DNA of 64,000 bases from Hydrogenobacter sp. (GTDB lineage Bacteria; Aquificota; Aquificia; Aquificales; Aquificaceae), in contig JBEULM010000047.1 of NCBI GenBank assembly GCA_041287335.1, positions 23,445 to 87,444 on the forward strand, read 5' to 3'. The stretch's first letter is position 1; the number at the start of each line of letters is the position of its first letter. The notes under the pieces are model-generated. The model saw nothing but the letters and a program-made list of their open reading frames with translations, was not told the origin of the DNA and searched no databases. Shown here piece after piece: positions 8,878 to 19,008 of this stretch. The position numbers were made by a program, and so were the translations under genes.

Positions 8878-9513
8878 ATGATAGAGGTAAAACCTGTAGA
8901 GCAAGATATGGAAGCACTTGTGTCAAGGGTATTTTTGAAAGCCATTGATCTACTTGGAGGTTTTTCTAAACTCGTAGAGTACAGAACACTTACGTGGCTT
9001 CCATCTTTGGTAAGGGCTTGCTATACGGTTATCCTCAGGGAGGAGTATCTGAAAACAGAACAAGAGATAGCTGAGCGTGTAGGACTTACAGGACAAACTG
9101 TTAGAAATATACTCAGAGCTGACCCTACAGTTACTATGGAAAAGATAAAGAGGCTTGAAGACCTTGTTGAAGAAGAGAGGAAGGAGATGAAGGTGCATAC
9201 AGCGGGAGGACTTGCCAAGCTCGCATACAAACTGATAAAGGAAGGTCATGAAGAATCAAAGGTCTTTATTGAATACTGCGAGAGGATCGCTCACGCTCTT
9301 GACATCCCTTGGGCATACATAACATTGAGAAGATTAAAAGGTGTGGACTTTCCCATAGGATCAGCCGAAGATATAAAGGAAAAATTGATGGGAGTATACA
9401 TAAAGGGAAGACCCGCAGAGGAAGTGATCGCCGAGCTTGAGTATCCCGTTAAAAATCCGGCAGAACTCTTGCATAAAGTTAAGGAAAATCTCAAGATGCA
9501 TGGCATTGAGTAA
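8878..9513 (+). CDS. HTH protein resembling the KaiC-associated regulatory domain family
   Basis: RTLTWLPSLVRACY, KTEQEIAERVGLTGQTVRNIL (HTH), HTAGGLAKLAY. Confidence 0.65.
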   Translation: MIEVKPVEQDMEALVSRVFLKAIDLLGGFSKLVEYRTLTWLPSLVRACYTVILREEYLKTEQEIAERVGLTGQTVRNILRADPTVTMEKIKRLEDLVEEERKEMKVHTAGGLAKLAYKLIKEGHEESKVFIEYCERIAHALDIPWAYITLRRLKGVDFPIGSAEDIKEKLMGVYIKGRPAEEVIAELEYPVKNPAELLHKVKENLKMHGIE

Positions 9514-9515
9514 AG

Positions 9516-12500
9516 TTGAGATATGTAGGATACTTTCTCCTTTTGTTTCTGTTTCTTTATTTTTCCCTATTGAAACCGTATATGATTATAAGGGGAATAC
9601 GTGTAGATGTAAAGGGATTTTACATTGACACGAAAAATAGAAAAATAGGAGCTGATAACCTACTCCTCTTTATACCCGATCTAAAGGGGAATTCTCTATT
9701 TGTAGATGTTTTATCTGTAAGTTTAAGTCCAAAGGGGATATACGCCGGTAGTGTTAGCGTAGTTGAAGTTACCAAAAAAGTATCAAGGGAGCCTTTTGAT
9801 TACGATTTTACCCAGCTTATTAAGCTCGCTCAAAAACTAAACCTTCGTGTGGGAAGTGTATATGTTTCACTGAATACGCCACCCGAAGAGAGAAGCATTA
9901 CCATTTTTATCAAAGATGCGAAACTCGTAGGTGGTGTAGTCACATCTAATGCATGGTCACGTACAGTTTACATGAAGGGTAATTCAATGCACGAACTGTA
10001 CATATTTTTGAAAAAGGCTCATGCCAAAGCGGAGATCTTTTATGTAGATGAAGCTATTGTAACGAGCGATCTATACACTTTCTATGGTAGTGGAGAGTGG
10101 ATAGGTAAGGAGGGCAAGTTTCAAGCTCAGGGCATCATAAAGGGGTACGAAAATACGGATCTCAAACTACCCTATCTGCATATGATCGCAAAAGGGAAAT
10201 TAAACTACACATCATTAAACGTGATTTTTTCGGCAAAGGCGGACTACCTTGAAGTGAGAGGTAATAACATGGGCAAGCTAAGTGGGGAAGGGAAATTTTA
10301 TTACATCTTTGGAAATACGGAAAAACTTACCGCAAATCTTAGTGTGGGAAGTATGTTTGTGAATTTAGATTACAGAATGTATCCTGAAGATACCCTCTAT
10401 ACAAACTTCAGGGGCATTCTCATAAATAATAAGCTTTTCAAAAGCGAGACACCTTTTAGTCTTAAACTTTCAGGATCAGCTACTTTGCTCTTTAAAAAAG
10501 GGGAGCTTTCCTTGAAGGGTTTTTCAGATAATGCCTTCTTTCTTGATAGAAACTTTAAAAATGTGGATATTGAATTATCTTACAACTACCAAAATCAAAC
10601 TGGTAAGTTAGATTTTTCTGCTAACGACCCTGCAACAATAAATCTTTCTGGTACCCTTACAGAAGGAAACTTTGAGGGAGACGTGTATGTGTACATGCTT
10701 GAATACACTTACGATAATTTTTCCACTTATTTGAACTATATGGGAAGTATTCGCTACATGAAAGGTATCCTTTACACATCTGGTAGCGGAAAGCTTGTAA
10801 AACCTGTATATAGGAACGTATCCTTAGGAGATATCTCCTTTGATTTGGATCTTGGAGATGAAAACTACAGTATAGCTTTTTCCGGAACTGGTTTTGGTGG
10901 AGATGGAAAAGGTTCTATCAGGGATAGGAGTTTTTCCGGCAGGATACTTTTCAAAGGTTACTCTACTCAATATGCTGACGTGCTTGCAAACAATATAGTA
11001 GGTGAACTTTCTATAAAGGTTTCACCTTTAGAAATTCGTGTAAATGGTAATGTAGAGGGAAGGGTCTCAAAGGACGGTGCAACAGCTCGCATAATGGCTA
11101 ATGCGGATCTGATAAAGAGGGTGGAATGGCAGGGCAATTTTTTCGTGCGTTTGGAAGATCTCAAAAAGGATGACTTTTACTTATCATATGCGGATGTAAG
11201 AGCAAGTATAGAAAAGGGTCTGTTGATAGCAGATTATTCTTCCGAATATGCAAAAGGGAAGATTGAATACAGCTTCGTGGATAGTACTTTTTTCTCTACA
11301 GGTAACCTAAAACTTGAAAAGGAAGGTATCTCCCTAAAGGGATCTTATCAGTTGCAAGGAAAAGGAGAGAGCTTTTCCGCTCAACTAATAGGTCAGGGTG
11401 GTTATTTGAGCTATAACTTTCCTATAAAGGCATTTTTCCAAAATACACAGCAAGGGTTAAAAGGTGTCTTAAGAGGATTTTCTTTGAAAATGGGAATCTT
11501 TCAGGTATCTTTGCAAGACAGTTATTTAGAAGGTTCTAAGGATAAAGGGACTTTAAAGCTCGGAGAAATTTCCATAAGTATAAACTCGGAAAGAGTTCTC
11601 AGGGTGCAAAGCTCTCAAGGACAGTGGGATATAAAAAAGGGGATACTTATCATTCCTAACATCTTTGCATCAGGAAGTTTAAGAGGTAAGGCTGAAGTTT
11701 ATTACAGGAGCGGGGAATTTTCAATCACCTCACAGGGGATTTTGGATCTGGGTCAAGTCATGGGTCTGGTAAAGAGTAAGGTATTTACATATGCGGAAGG
11801 TGAGCTAAGTTATACCTTTGAAAAAAGTGGAAAGATCCTCAGACTCAGGATATTCTCTCCTAAGGATATAGAGCTTAGATCTCGCTTTCTGGCTTTACCA
11901 CTTAGAGGGAGGGTGTATGCTTTGTACGATGGTAAGGTATGGGAAGGTTCTGTCAACTTCAAAGGTGACGATGCAGATTTTAAAGCTGATATTACTGGAG
12001 ATGAAAAACTGATCGGTGTTAGGTTCAGTACGCAACATCTACCTGTACTTTTCAGATCCGAGAGTGTGAGATTCAACGGCTTTGCAAAGGCTAATGGCAG
12101 TATAACCACAGACTATAAAAGGATGAATATCAGGGCAAGCATTGATCTTGGTGGTAATATGAGTATCAAAAGTTTAGGTGGAAAAGTTTCTGAAAAGCCA
12201 AAAGCGTACAAATTTATCACCTTAGACGTAAAGCTTTCCACTTCTGAACCTCTCAGGATAAGCTTACCCGAAGGTCACATATACACCTATGCGGAAGGAG
12301 AGATAACGGGAAGTCTTTACGAACCTAAATACAATATAAAACTCGGTCTTATGGGTGGAAGCCTGGAATATTTTAATAAAGAGTTCCATATAAGGGAAGG
12401 TACGGTTCTTCTCACTTCCGAAAAGACGAATCTCGATGTTACCATGCTTACAGCTACACCCGACTACAGCATCATTGTAGATATAAAGGGTAATGCTAAC

Positions 12501-12920
12501 AACCCTAAAGCTTTTGTGAGATCGGAACCACCTACAGACACAAGACAAGTGCTCACATCCCTCGTACTTGGTGGAGGCACTGGTGAAGGCTTATTTTCAC
12601 TATCTTCGGCTCTTATAGCTCAATTTCCGGAACTCTCCAGGCTTATTGAAGGTGTGGAAAGGGCTGTAGGTACGGATGTAAAAGTAAACCTTTCACCAAC
12701 TGTAAGTTCCAGCGGAGGGGCTGCTGTAAACACAAAAGTATCCAAGGATTTTACCAATAAGCTTAATGTGGAATACCAACAAAGCACGAGCAAAGACCCG
12801 AAAGAAACTTATGGAGGAGCCAACGTAAAGATAACGCCTAACACATCAGTAGGAGTTAGGATATACTCCAACAACTCCCAAGAGTATAAAGTGAGATTCA
12901 GAAAGAAGTTTGACTTTTGA
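9516..12920 (+). CDS. TamB/AsmA-like translocation and assembly module protein
   Basis: 1134 aa, N-terminal membrane anchor, beta-strand-rich repeats, DUF490-like C-terminus ending in aromatic residues. Confidence 0.75.
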   Translation: MRYVGYFLLLFLFLYFSLLKPYMIIRGIRVDVKGFYIDTKNRKIGADNLLLFIPDLKGNSLFVDVLSVSLSPKGIYAGSVSVVEVTKKVSREPFDYDFTQLIKLAQKLNLRVGSVYVSLNTPPEERSITIFIKDAKLVGGVVTSNAWSRTVYMKGNSMHELYIFLKKAHAKAEIFYVDEAIVTSDLYTFYGSGEWIGKEGKFQAQGIIKGYENTDLKLPYLHMIAKGKLNYTSLNVIFSAKADYLEVRGNNMGKLSGEGKFYYIFGNTEKLTANLSVGSMFVNLDYRMYPEDTLYTNFRGILINNKLFKSETPFSLKLSGSATLLFKKGELSLKGFSDNAFFLDRNFKNVDIELSYNYQNQTGKLDFSANDPATINLSGTLTEGNFEGDVYVYMLEYTYDNFSTYLNYMGSIRYMKGILYTSGSGKLVKPVYRNVSLGDISFDLDLGDENYSIAFSGTGFGGDGKGSIRDRSFSGRILFKGYSTQYADVLANNIVGELSIKVSPLEIRVNGNVEGRVSKDGATARIMANADLIKRVEWQGNFFVRLEDLKKDDFYLSYADVRASIEKGLLIADYSSEYAKGKIEYSFVDSTFFSTGNLKLEKEGISLKGSYQLQGKGESFSAQLIGQGGYLSYNFPIKAFFQNTQQGLKGVLRGFSLKMGIFQVSLQDSYLEGSKDKGTLKLGEISISINSERVLRVQSSQGQWDIKKGILIIPNIFASGSLRGKAEVYYRSGEFSITSQGILDLGQVMGLVKSKVFTYAEGELSYTFEKSGKILRLRIFSPKDIELRSRFLALPLRGRVYALYDGKVWEGSVNFKGDDADFKADITGDEKLIGVRFSTQHLPVLFRSESVRFNGFAKANGSITTDYKRMNIRASIDLGGNMSIKSLGGKVSEKPKAYKFITLDVKLSTSEPLRISLPEGHIYTYAEGEITGSLYEPKYNIKLGLMGGSLEYFNKEFHIREGTVLLTSEKTNLDVTMLTATPDYSIIVDIKGNANNPKAFVRSEPPTDTRQVLTSLVLGGGTGEGLFSLSSALIAQFPELSRLIEGVERAVGTDVKVNLSPTVSSSGGAAVNTKVSKDFTNKLNVEYQQSTSKDPKETYGGANVKITPNTSVGVRIYSNNSQEYKVRFRKKFDF

Positions 12921-13428
12921 GAGCTTTTAAACCCTTGACGGTATAGTCTATCCACGAAATAAGGACAAAAAACTGGGAAAGTACGTAGAGAAATAGATTG
13001 AGCGGATAAGAACTGTATATCATGCAGATGAACAAACTCAGAGATATTACCAAAGTGGTAATTTTACCCCAAAGGCTGGGCTTTGGTATACTCCTTAGTT
13101 TAAGGAGAAGCAACAAGCTCCCAAACAGAATAAATGAGTCTCTTGCGAGCAGGCTGAAAAATAATATAGGATTCAATAAATTAAGCTTAAAGACACATAA
13201 GAATAAGGCTGTGATCAAAAAAACCTTGTCCGCAAGAGGATCAAGAACTCTTCCCAGCTGTGTCTCTTTTTTTAAGCTTCTGGCTAAAAAGCCATCTAAC
13301 GCATCCGTCAAAGCCAGAAATGAAAAAAGGTAAGGTAGAAAGCGCTGATCCATATACAGCATAAGCGGTGAAAGAAGAAGTCTGAGAAGTGATATGAAGT
13401 TAGGGAGATTATTGCAAAAGCTTAACAT
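12898..13428 (-). CDS. CDP-alcohol phosphatidyltransferase family
   Basis: PNFISLLR, TDALDGFLAR...GRVLDPLADK signature. Confidence 0.92.
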   Translation of the reverse strand: MLSFCNNLPNFISLLRLLLSPLMLYMDQRFLPYLFSFLALTDALDGFLARSLKKETQLGRVLDPLADKVFLITALFLCVFKLNLLNPILFFSLLARDSFILFGSLLLLLKLRSIPKPSLWGKITTLVISLSLFICMIYSSYPLNLFLYVLSQFFVLISWIDYTVKGLKALKSQTSF

Positions 13429-14743
13429 GATATATAAGGATATCTCTTTTCATGTAAGGTAGTTTCTCTACTACATTCCCGAAAGGATCTATGATCGCTG
13501 TATCTCCGGCGTTGTTTACCCACAACACAAATTTTTCGTTTTCTAATGCTCTGATCTTCGCCCAGACAAAATGCTGGTGACTACAATCGCTGTCATTGAA
13601 CCACCCATCGTTAGTTAAAACAGCAATAAGGTTAGCATTTTTGGACAGTCTCTTCACAAGATCCCAATATGCTACCTCAAAACATATGGGAGTGGCTATC
13701 TTTATACCTTTGTAAGTTATTGGAAGTTCCCTATTTCCGTGTATGTAGTCAAGTCCACTTATCGCTGAAAAGATATCCTTTAAAAAAGCGAAGGGAAAGG
13801 GCATGTACTCACCTATGGGAAGGAGTCTCACTTTGTCGTAGTATCCATAAACCTGAGCGTCCTTTATTAGATAGGCTGAGTTGTACGGCTTCATACCATC
13901 CCTTATGTCTATAAGACCCACCAAAATAGGTGCTTGATAACTGAGTTCAAAGAGTTTTTCCCTCCCTTTATCATACTCGTCAGAAAAAAGGAAGGGAAAG
14001 GCGGATTCTGGAAGCAAAACGAGATCTGGCTTTTCTTTGAGAGCTTCGGAAACAAGCGAAAGTATTTCATCCGTGTGATTTCTGAAATTTTCTTCATTTA
14101 ACTTTTCATGCTGAGGTACGGCTGTCTGCACAAGAGCTACCTTTATTGTATGCGCAAATTGAAGTTTTTTGATAATTTCGTTCTTCGCATAAAGCCCTAC
14201 AAGTGAAGCAAAGGCTAAAAGGATAAGCAAGATAAAAAATCTTCTTTTAAAGGCGAGATAAATCAAATACCAAAGCAACATGCTGCCACCATAAACGGTA
14301 AAAAATCGTAGTGAATACTTTACAAGAGGAATGTACACTAATATCTCACCCACAATAAGCCATGGAAATCCACCGTAGGGTAGGTAAGACCTTAAAATCT
14401 CAAAAAGTGTGTAGAATATAGGTAATAACCAAAGCTTTCTGCTTCCCAACTTAGTCCACATGTAAAGGGGTAAGTTCATCTGATAAAGTGTTAGGAATAG
14501 AGAGAATACAGAGAACATAGCGTATGATAAAAAGGGATTTATGTTTCCGTATTCTATGCTCGCAATGTTTACACATCTCAGAGACAGAAAGAAGAAAATA
14601 AAACCAGTAAAAAAGTAGTGCCTTTGGCTGGGGTATTTGAGAAGCATGAAAAGACCCGGAAATAAAAGAAACCACAGGTCGTAGATTGAGAAGGGAAGAT
14701 AGAGAAGTACGCCATTGAGTATGACAAGTAAGATCCACATCAT
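13409..14743 (-). CDS. lnt: Apolipoprotein N-acyltransferase
   Basis: GGFPW, LPESAFP, YDKVRLLPIGEYMP, ICFEVAY, TNDGWF. Confidence 0.94.
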   Translation of the reverse strand: MMWILLVILNGVLLYLPFSIYDLWFLLFPGLFMLLKYPSQRHYFFTGFIFFFLSLRCVNIASIEYGNINPFLSYAMFSVFSLFLTLYQMNLPLYMWTKLGSRKLWLLPIFYTLFEILRSYLPYGGFPWLIVGEILVYIPLVKYSLRFFTVYGGSMLLWYLIYLAFKRRFFILLILLAFASLVGLYAKNEIIKKLQFAHTIKVALVQTAVPQHEKLNEENFRNHTDEILSLVSEALKEKPDLVLLPESAFPFLFSDEYDKGREKLFELSYQAPILVGLIDIRDGMKPYNSAYLIKDAQVYGYYDKVRLLPIGEYMPFPFAFLKDIFSAISGLDYIHGNRELPITYKGIKIATPICFEVAYWDLVKRLSKNANLIAVLTNDGWFNDSDCSHQHFVWAKIRALENEKFVLWVNNAGDTAIIDPFGNVVEKLPYMKRDILIYHVKLLQ

Positions 14744-15165
14744 CTTCTGAAAGACACAGAAAGGAGAGATATCCCGGCTATTATGAGGAGTATACCTGCA
14801 AACTTCGTAAAGCTGAGCTTTTCACCGAGAACTATATAAGCAAAGAGGGCGCTCCAAAGAGGTGATGTGGAAGCTATAGGTGATATTATAGAAACATCAC
14901 CATGTCGCAAAGCGAGAAAGAAAAGGTAAAGTCCCAGAAAACCCGATAAGAAACCTCCGAGAAAGGCAAGCGAAAGTTGTTTGGGATTTAGGGTTAATCT
15001 CTCACCGAGAATTATGGTTATGAGTAATGCAATGATACAAGCTGAGAGGTTATGAAATATTAAAGCTACAGAAGGTGGAACACCCTCCTTGAGTACGAGT
15101 TTGAAAAGGGATGGAGCAAGACCCCAAACTAAGCTTGCGCTAAAAGCGAGGATCAAGGCTTTCAT
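14740..15165 (-). CDS. EamA/DMT family transporter, single repeat
   Basis: 141 aa, about five hydrophobic helices, ALRHGDVSIISPI...LGEKL. Confidence 0.85.
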   Translation of the reverse strand: MKALILAFSASLVWGLAPSLFKLVLKEGVPPSVALIFHNLSACIIALLITIILGERLTLNPKQLSLAFLGGFLSGFLGLYLFFLALRHGDVSIISPIASTSPLWSALFAYIVLGEKLSFTKFAGILLIIAGISLLSVSFRR

Positions 15166-15971
15166 ATCTCAAACACTCCTACCAAGGGTGCATGATCCGA
15201 AGGCTTAGGATTCCTTCTCTTTCTCGCCCACATATCTACGTAAACGTCCCTTAGGTAAGGAAGCATGGGTTTTGTGACAAGTACGTAATCTATTCTCATG
15301 CCCTGATCTTTCCATACCATACCACCTATATAATCCCACCAGGTAAACTGCCTCTTTTGAGGATAAAGATATCTAAAGGCGTCCACAAATCCCCACGAGA
15401 GAAGTCTCAAAAGTGCTTCTCTCTCTTCCTTCATGGTGCCTATCGTGTCCTTGAGAAGTATTGGATCGTAAACGTCAATGTCTTCCAAAGCTACATTCAT
15501 ATCACCTACAAGCACAATTTTTTCATCCGGACTGAAGCGTTCAGTCAAAAAAAGCAAAAATCTATCGTAAAACCTAAGTTTCCAGTAGAACTTTTTTTCT
15601 CCACGGCGATCACCGTGAGGAAAGTATACATTTATGATCCACACCTCTCCAAGCCTGCCACCTATGACTCTCTTTTCTTCATCGTATACGGGATCCCCAA
15701 TGCCTTTGAATACGCTTTCTAAAGGCTGTCTGGAGCATATGGCTACACCGTTGTATGTCCTCTGCCCGTAAGTGTAACATTCGTAACCCTTTTTTAAAAA
15801 GTCATCTCTCGGGAAGTTTTCATCAGTAGTCTTAAGTTCTTGCATGCATAGAACATCAACCGGATCTCTCCCTAACCAAGATAGGACAAGCTCCTTTCTG
15901 GTATTTATTGAATTTACATTATAGGATGCAACCTTAAAACTTTTGTTGCTCTTATTTTCCTCTTGCATCAT
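15162..15971 (-). CDS. xth: Exodeoxyribonuclease III
   Basis: SYNVNS, QELK, YNGVAI, GDMNVA, RIDY, SDHAP; start moved to ATG 15971 because the longer ORF runs antisense through hup. Confidence 0.95.
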   Translation of the reverse strand: MMQEENKSNKSFKVASYNVNSINTRKELVLSWLGRDPVDVLCMQELKTTDENFPRDDFLKKGYECYTYGQRTYNGVAICSRQPLESVFKGIGDPVYDEEKRVIGGRLGEVWIINVYFPHGDRRGEKKFYWKLRFYDRFLLFLTERFSPDEKIVLVGDMNVALEDIDVYDPILLKDTIGTMKEEREALLRLLSWGFVDAFRYLYPQKRQFTWWDYIGGMVWKDQGMRIDYVLVTKPMLPYLRDVYVDMWARKRRNPKPSDHAPLVGVFEI

Positions 15972-16029
15972 TTTAAAACCTGATGTATTATTATATTCCG
16001 AGTAAAACTTCTGTAAGGAGGGATTGACC

Positions 16030-16302
16030 ATGACAAAAGCTGAGCTTGTTTCCGCTGTTGCGAAGGGAGCGGGTATAACCAAGAAGCAGGCTGATGCTGC
16101 CCTAAAATCAGCTATATCCGCTATAGCCGGATCCCTTAAGAAAGGGGAAAGGGTTGCCATACCCGGCTTTGGTATATTTACCGTAAGAAAAAGGGCGGCA
16201 AGGAAGGGGAGAAATCCCAGAACAGGTGCTGTCATCAACATTCCTGCCAGGAAAGTAGTAACCTTCAGACCAGCCAAGGATCTCAGAGAATCTATAAAGT
16301 AA
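16030..16302 (+). CDS. hup: Histone-like DNA-binding protein HU
   Basis: MTKAELV, GFGIF, RKGRNPRTG, VTFRP; AAGGAGG SD. Confidence 0.96.
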   Translation: MTKAELVSAVAKGAGITKKQADAALKSAISAIAGSLKKGERVAIPGFGIFTVRKRAARKGRNPRTGAVINIPARKVVTFRPAKDLRESIK

Positions 16303-16388
16303 CATCCCGCTTTTTTCTTTTGGGGGATCCCCTTCCCCCTTCGACTTATTGTTGTAGTTTTTACATCTTGGAGTATAATTAAACAGCA

Positions 16389-16465
16389 GGAGGGTGTAGC
16401 TCAGTTGGTAGAGCAGTGGACTGTGGATCCACGGGTCGCGGGTTCGAGTCCCGTCACCCTCCCCA
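16389..16465 (+). tRNA. tRNA-His(GTG) with encoded G-1 and CCA
   Basis: GGAGGGTG/CACCCTCC acceptor including G-1:C73; GTGGA-CTGTGGA-TCCAC anticodon arm; GGTTCGAGTCC T-arm. Confidence 0.97.
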
Positions 16466-16480
16466 CTAAGAGGAAGGCTA

Positions 16481-17920
16481 ATGGAACTCATTTTTGAGCT
16501 TTCAAAAAGCGGAAGGAAAGGTTACTCCCTCCCTACTTTAGATGTTCCTGAGGCTAATCTAAAAGAATATCTCGGTGAATACTTCAGAAAGGAGATTAAC
16601 TTTCCAGAAGTTTCGGAGCTTGATGTGGTAAGACACTATACCAGACTTTCACAGCTGAACTACTCGGTTGATACAAATTTCTATCCTCTGGGTTCTTGCA
16701 GTATGAAGTACAATCCGAGAATAGGTGAAGAACTTTCTAAGTGGGAAGAGTTTACAAATGTACATCCTATGACACCTGAGGATTACGTGCAGGGTAGCCT
16801 TGAGGTAATGTATTTACTTAAGGAACTTCTCAGAGAGTTGGGAGGGTTTTCTGAAGTCAGCCTTCAGCCAGCGGCAGGTGCTCACGGCGAGCTTCTGGGG
16901 CTTATCCTCATGCGTTCCTATCACAAAGATAGGGGGAATGAAGGCAAGAGAAAGATACTCATACCGGATTCCGCACATGGCACAAATCCGGCATCAGCTT
17001 CTATATGCGGTTTTGAAGTGGTTACTGTAAAGAGCGATGCTAACGGTGAACTTGACTGGAAAGACTTTTCCAATAAGCTGGGAGACGATGTGGCAGGGCT
17101 TATGATAACCAACCCAAATACGCTCGGTATTTTTGAAAGGCAAATAAAACAGATAGCCGACGCTTTACACGAAAGGGATGCTTTGCTGTACATGGATGGT
17201 GCCAACTTTAATGCCATTGTAGGACGAGCAAAACCAGGTCTTTGGGGTGTGGACGTTATGCATTTTAATCTTCACAAGACTTTTGGAACCCCTCATGGTG
17301 GAGGAGGTCCAGGAGGAGGTGCCGTGGGCGTTTCTGAAAAACTAAAACCTTACTTGCCCGTACCTCAGGTGGATTTTGATGGAGAAAGGTATTTTTTAAA
17401 CTGGGAAAATCCCAAAAGCGTTGGAAAGATTCTTACTTTTTACGGACATTTCGGTGTATTTTTAAAAGCTCTCGCTTACATACTTAGCTACGGACAGAGT
17501 ATAAATAAGGTTTCTGGGTATGCTGTTTTAAATGCAAGATATCTCAGATACCTTTTGAAAGATCATCTTTTTGATCCATATAAGCACGTACCTTGCATGC
17601 ACGAATTCGTTTTGTCCGCCGTAAATCTTGCCGAGTACGATGTAAAGGCAATAGATATTGCAAAAGCCCTTTTGGATAGAGGTTTTTACGCGCCGACCGT
17701 TTATTTCCCTCTCGTGGTAAAAGAGGCACTCATGATAGAACCTACAGAAACCGAGAGTATAGACACGCTCATATCTTTTGCGGAGGCTTTAAAAGATATA
17801 ATCAGGGAAGCTAAGGAGAATCCTAAGATCGTAAAGGCATCTCCACAAAAAACACCGGTAAAGAGAATAAAGGAGGCTGAAGCTAACAGAAAACCAATAC
17901 TGCGCTTTAGATCCTCATAG
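16481..17920 (+). CDS. gcvPB: Glycine dehydrogenase (decarboxylating) subunit 2
   Basis: YPLGSCSMKYNP, QPAAGAHGE, SAHGTNPAS, HFNLHKTFGTPHGGGGPG. Confidence 0.95.
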   Translation: MELIFELSKSGRKGYSLPTLDVPEANLKEYLGEYFRKEINFPEVSELDVVRHYTRLSQLNYSVDTNFYPLGSCSMKYNPRIGEELSKWEEFTNVHPMTPEDYVQGSLEVMYLLKELLRELGGFSEVSLQPAAGAHGELLGLILMRSYHKDRGNEGKRKILIPDSAHGTNPASASICGFEVVTVKSDANGELDWKDFSNKLGDDVAGLMITNPNTLGIFERQIKQIADALHERDALLYMDGANFNAIVGRAKPGLWGVDVMHFNLHKTFGTPHGGGGPGGGAVGVSEKLKPYLPVPQVDFDGERYFLNWENPKSVGKILTFYGHFGVFLKALAYILSYGQSINKVSGYAVLNARYLRYLLKDHLFDPYKHVPCMHEFVLSAVNLAEYDVKAIDIAKALLDRGFYAPTVYFPLVVKEALMIEPTETESIDTLISFAEALKDIIREAKENPKIVKASPQKTPVKRIKEAEANRKPILRFRSS

Positions 17921-18992
17921 GCATAATAAGACAGAGGTAAGGATCTTCTTTTGGGTCTTCGCTTTCTATTACTACAGCTGTATCTGCATCCACGATTTTC
18001 AATAGCACCTTATCCGTATCAAAACTTTCTAAAGCTTCTATCAGATACTTACCATTGAAACCGAGCTCTATAGGTTCTTGAGTGTAATCTACTTCCATCT
18101 CGTCCTTACCTTCACCGTACTCAGGTTCTGATATCTCAAAGATGGCAAGGTTATCCTGAAGACTGATCTTTACGGGAAAGGCAGAACCTTCCGCTATAGC
18201 AGATAAACGCTTCAGCGAGTTTAAAAATTCGGCTCTATCTATTAGAACTTCGGAATTAAAGCTTTCCGGAATAACGGAGAGATAATCAGGATATTCACCC
18301 TCAAGGAGCCTCACCGAAAGACTAAAGTAATCACCCTTTATGTGGGCAAAAGATTCGTCTCTGCCAGCGGTAAGCTCACCCACGTAATCGCGAAGAAGCT
18401 TTTCTATTATCTTAAGACTCTTTCTCGGGATCAGAAGCTCAAGGGGGAAGGATGACTGAGTGTAGTATAAAGCGAGTCTGTGACCATCAGAACCTACAAA
18501 GTGAGTTCTATCCTTGTACTGATGAACGTACATACCCTGAAGGGCATATCTTGTGTCTTCCTTTGATATGGCATATTCTACCTTATCTATGGCTTTGAGT
18601 AGATCGCTTGCAGGTATCTCAGCGCTAAGCTTGATTTCTGGAAACTCGGGAAAATCTTCTGGATCAATAGCCGTGAGATTAAACTTGCTCCTACCACCTG
18701 TTAAAGATAACTTACCTTCCTTTAATTCCGCATACAAAGTGGTGGAGGGTATAGACTTTACAACATTCGTGAGTTTGTCGGCATTCACTGCCAGAGATCC
18801 CTCTGCGGAGATCTCAGCTTTTATTGTAAAAGTGAGAAAATTCTCAAGGTCTGTAGCTCTAACAGTAAGCAAACCTCTTTCGGCATAAAGCAAGAAGTTG
18901 TTAAGTACGGGAAGAGCCGATCTTTTTTCCGTTGCGCTCTTTGCTTTTTGAAGTACCTCGAGAAATTCCTCCCTATCTATTGAAAACCTCAT
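17907..18992 (-). CDS. dnaN: DNA polymerase III beta clamp
   Basis: ATDLE, GSDGHRL, RLLEGEYPDY, GFNGKYL, IMPMRI. Confidence 0.96.
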   Translation of the reverse strand: MRFSIDREEFLEVLQKAKSATEKRSALPVLNNFLLYAERGLLTVRATDLENFLTFTIKAEISAEGSLAVNADKLTNVVKSIPSTTLYAELKEGKLSLTGGRSKFNLTAIDPEDFPEFPEIKLSAEIPASDLLKAIDKVEYAISKEDTRYALQGMYVHQYKDRTHFVGSDGHRLALYYTQSSFPLELLIPRKSLKIIEKLLRDYVGELTAGRDESFAHIKGDYFSLSVRLLEGEYPDYLSVIPESFNSEVLIDRAEFLNSLKRLSAIAEGSAFPVKISLQDNLAIFEISEPEYGEGKDEMEVDYTQEPIELGFNGKYLIEALESFDTDKVLLKIVDADTAVVIESEDPKEDPYLCLIMPMRI

Positions 18993-19008
18993 AACTTAAG
19001 ATTATAGC

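Noticed and set aside
8730-8948. Short ORFs on both strands across the structured element
   Set aside because: They overlap the hydrogenase and HTH genes, lack SDs and show no protein-like features
9516-12920. Large low-similarity ORF as a toxin, adhesin or novel system
   Set aside because: Anchor, beta-rich body and C-terminus fit ordinary TamB/AsmA-like proteins
15972-16277. 102-aa N-terminal extension of the xth ORF
   Set aside because: It is the antisense frame of hup; exonuclease III homology starts near 15971
16311-16345. Possible terminator after hup (GGGGGA...TCCCCC)
   Set aside because: Six-bp stem without a clear U-tract on either strand
16389-16465. Encoded G-1 of tRNA-His as a novelty
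   Set aside because: Standard for bacterial tRNA-His
16108-16491. 127-aa minus-strand ORF
   Set aside because: Shadow ORF across tRNA-His and hup
16481-17920. gcvPB without gcvPA/T/H, likewise lone pyrD and fumA alpha
   Set aside because: Operon scattering is pervasive in Aquificae and across this window
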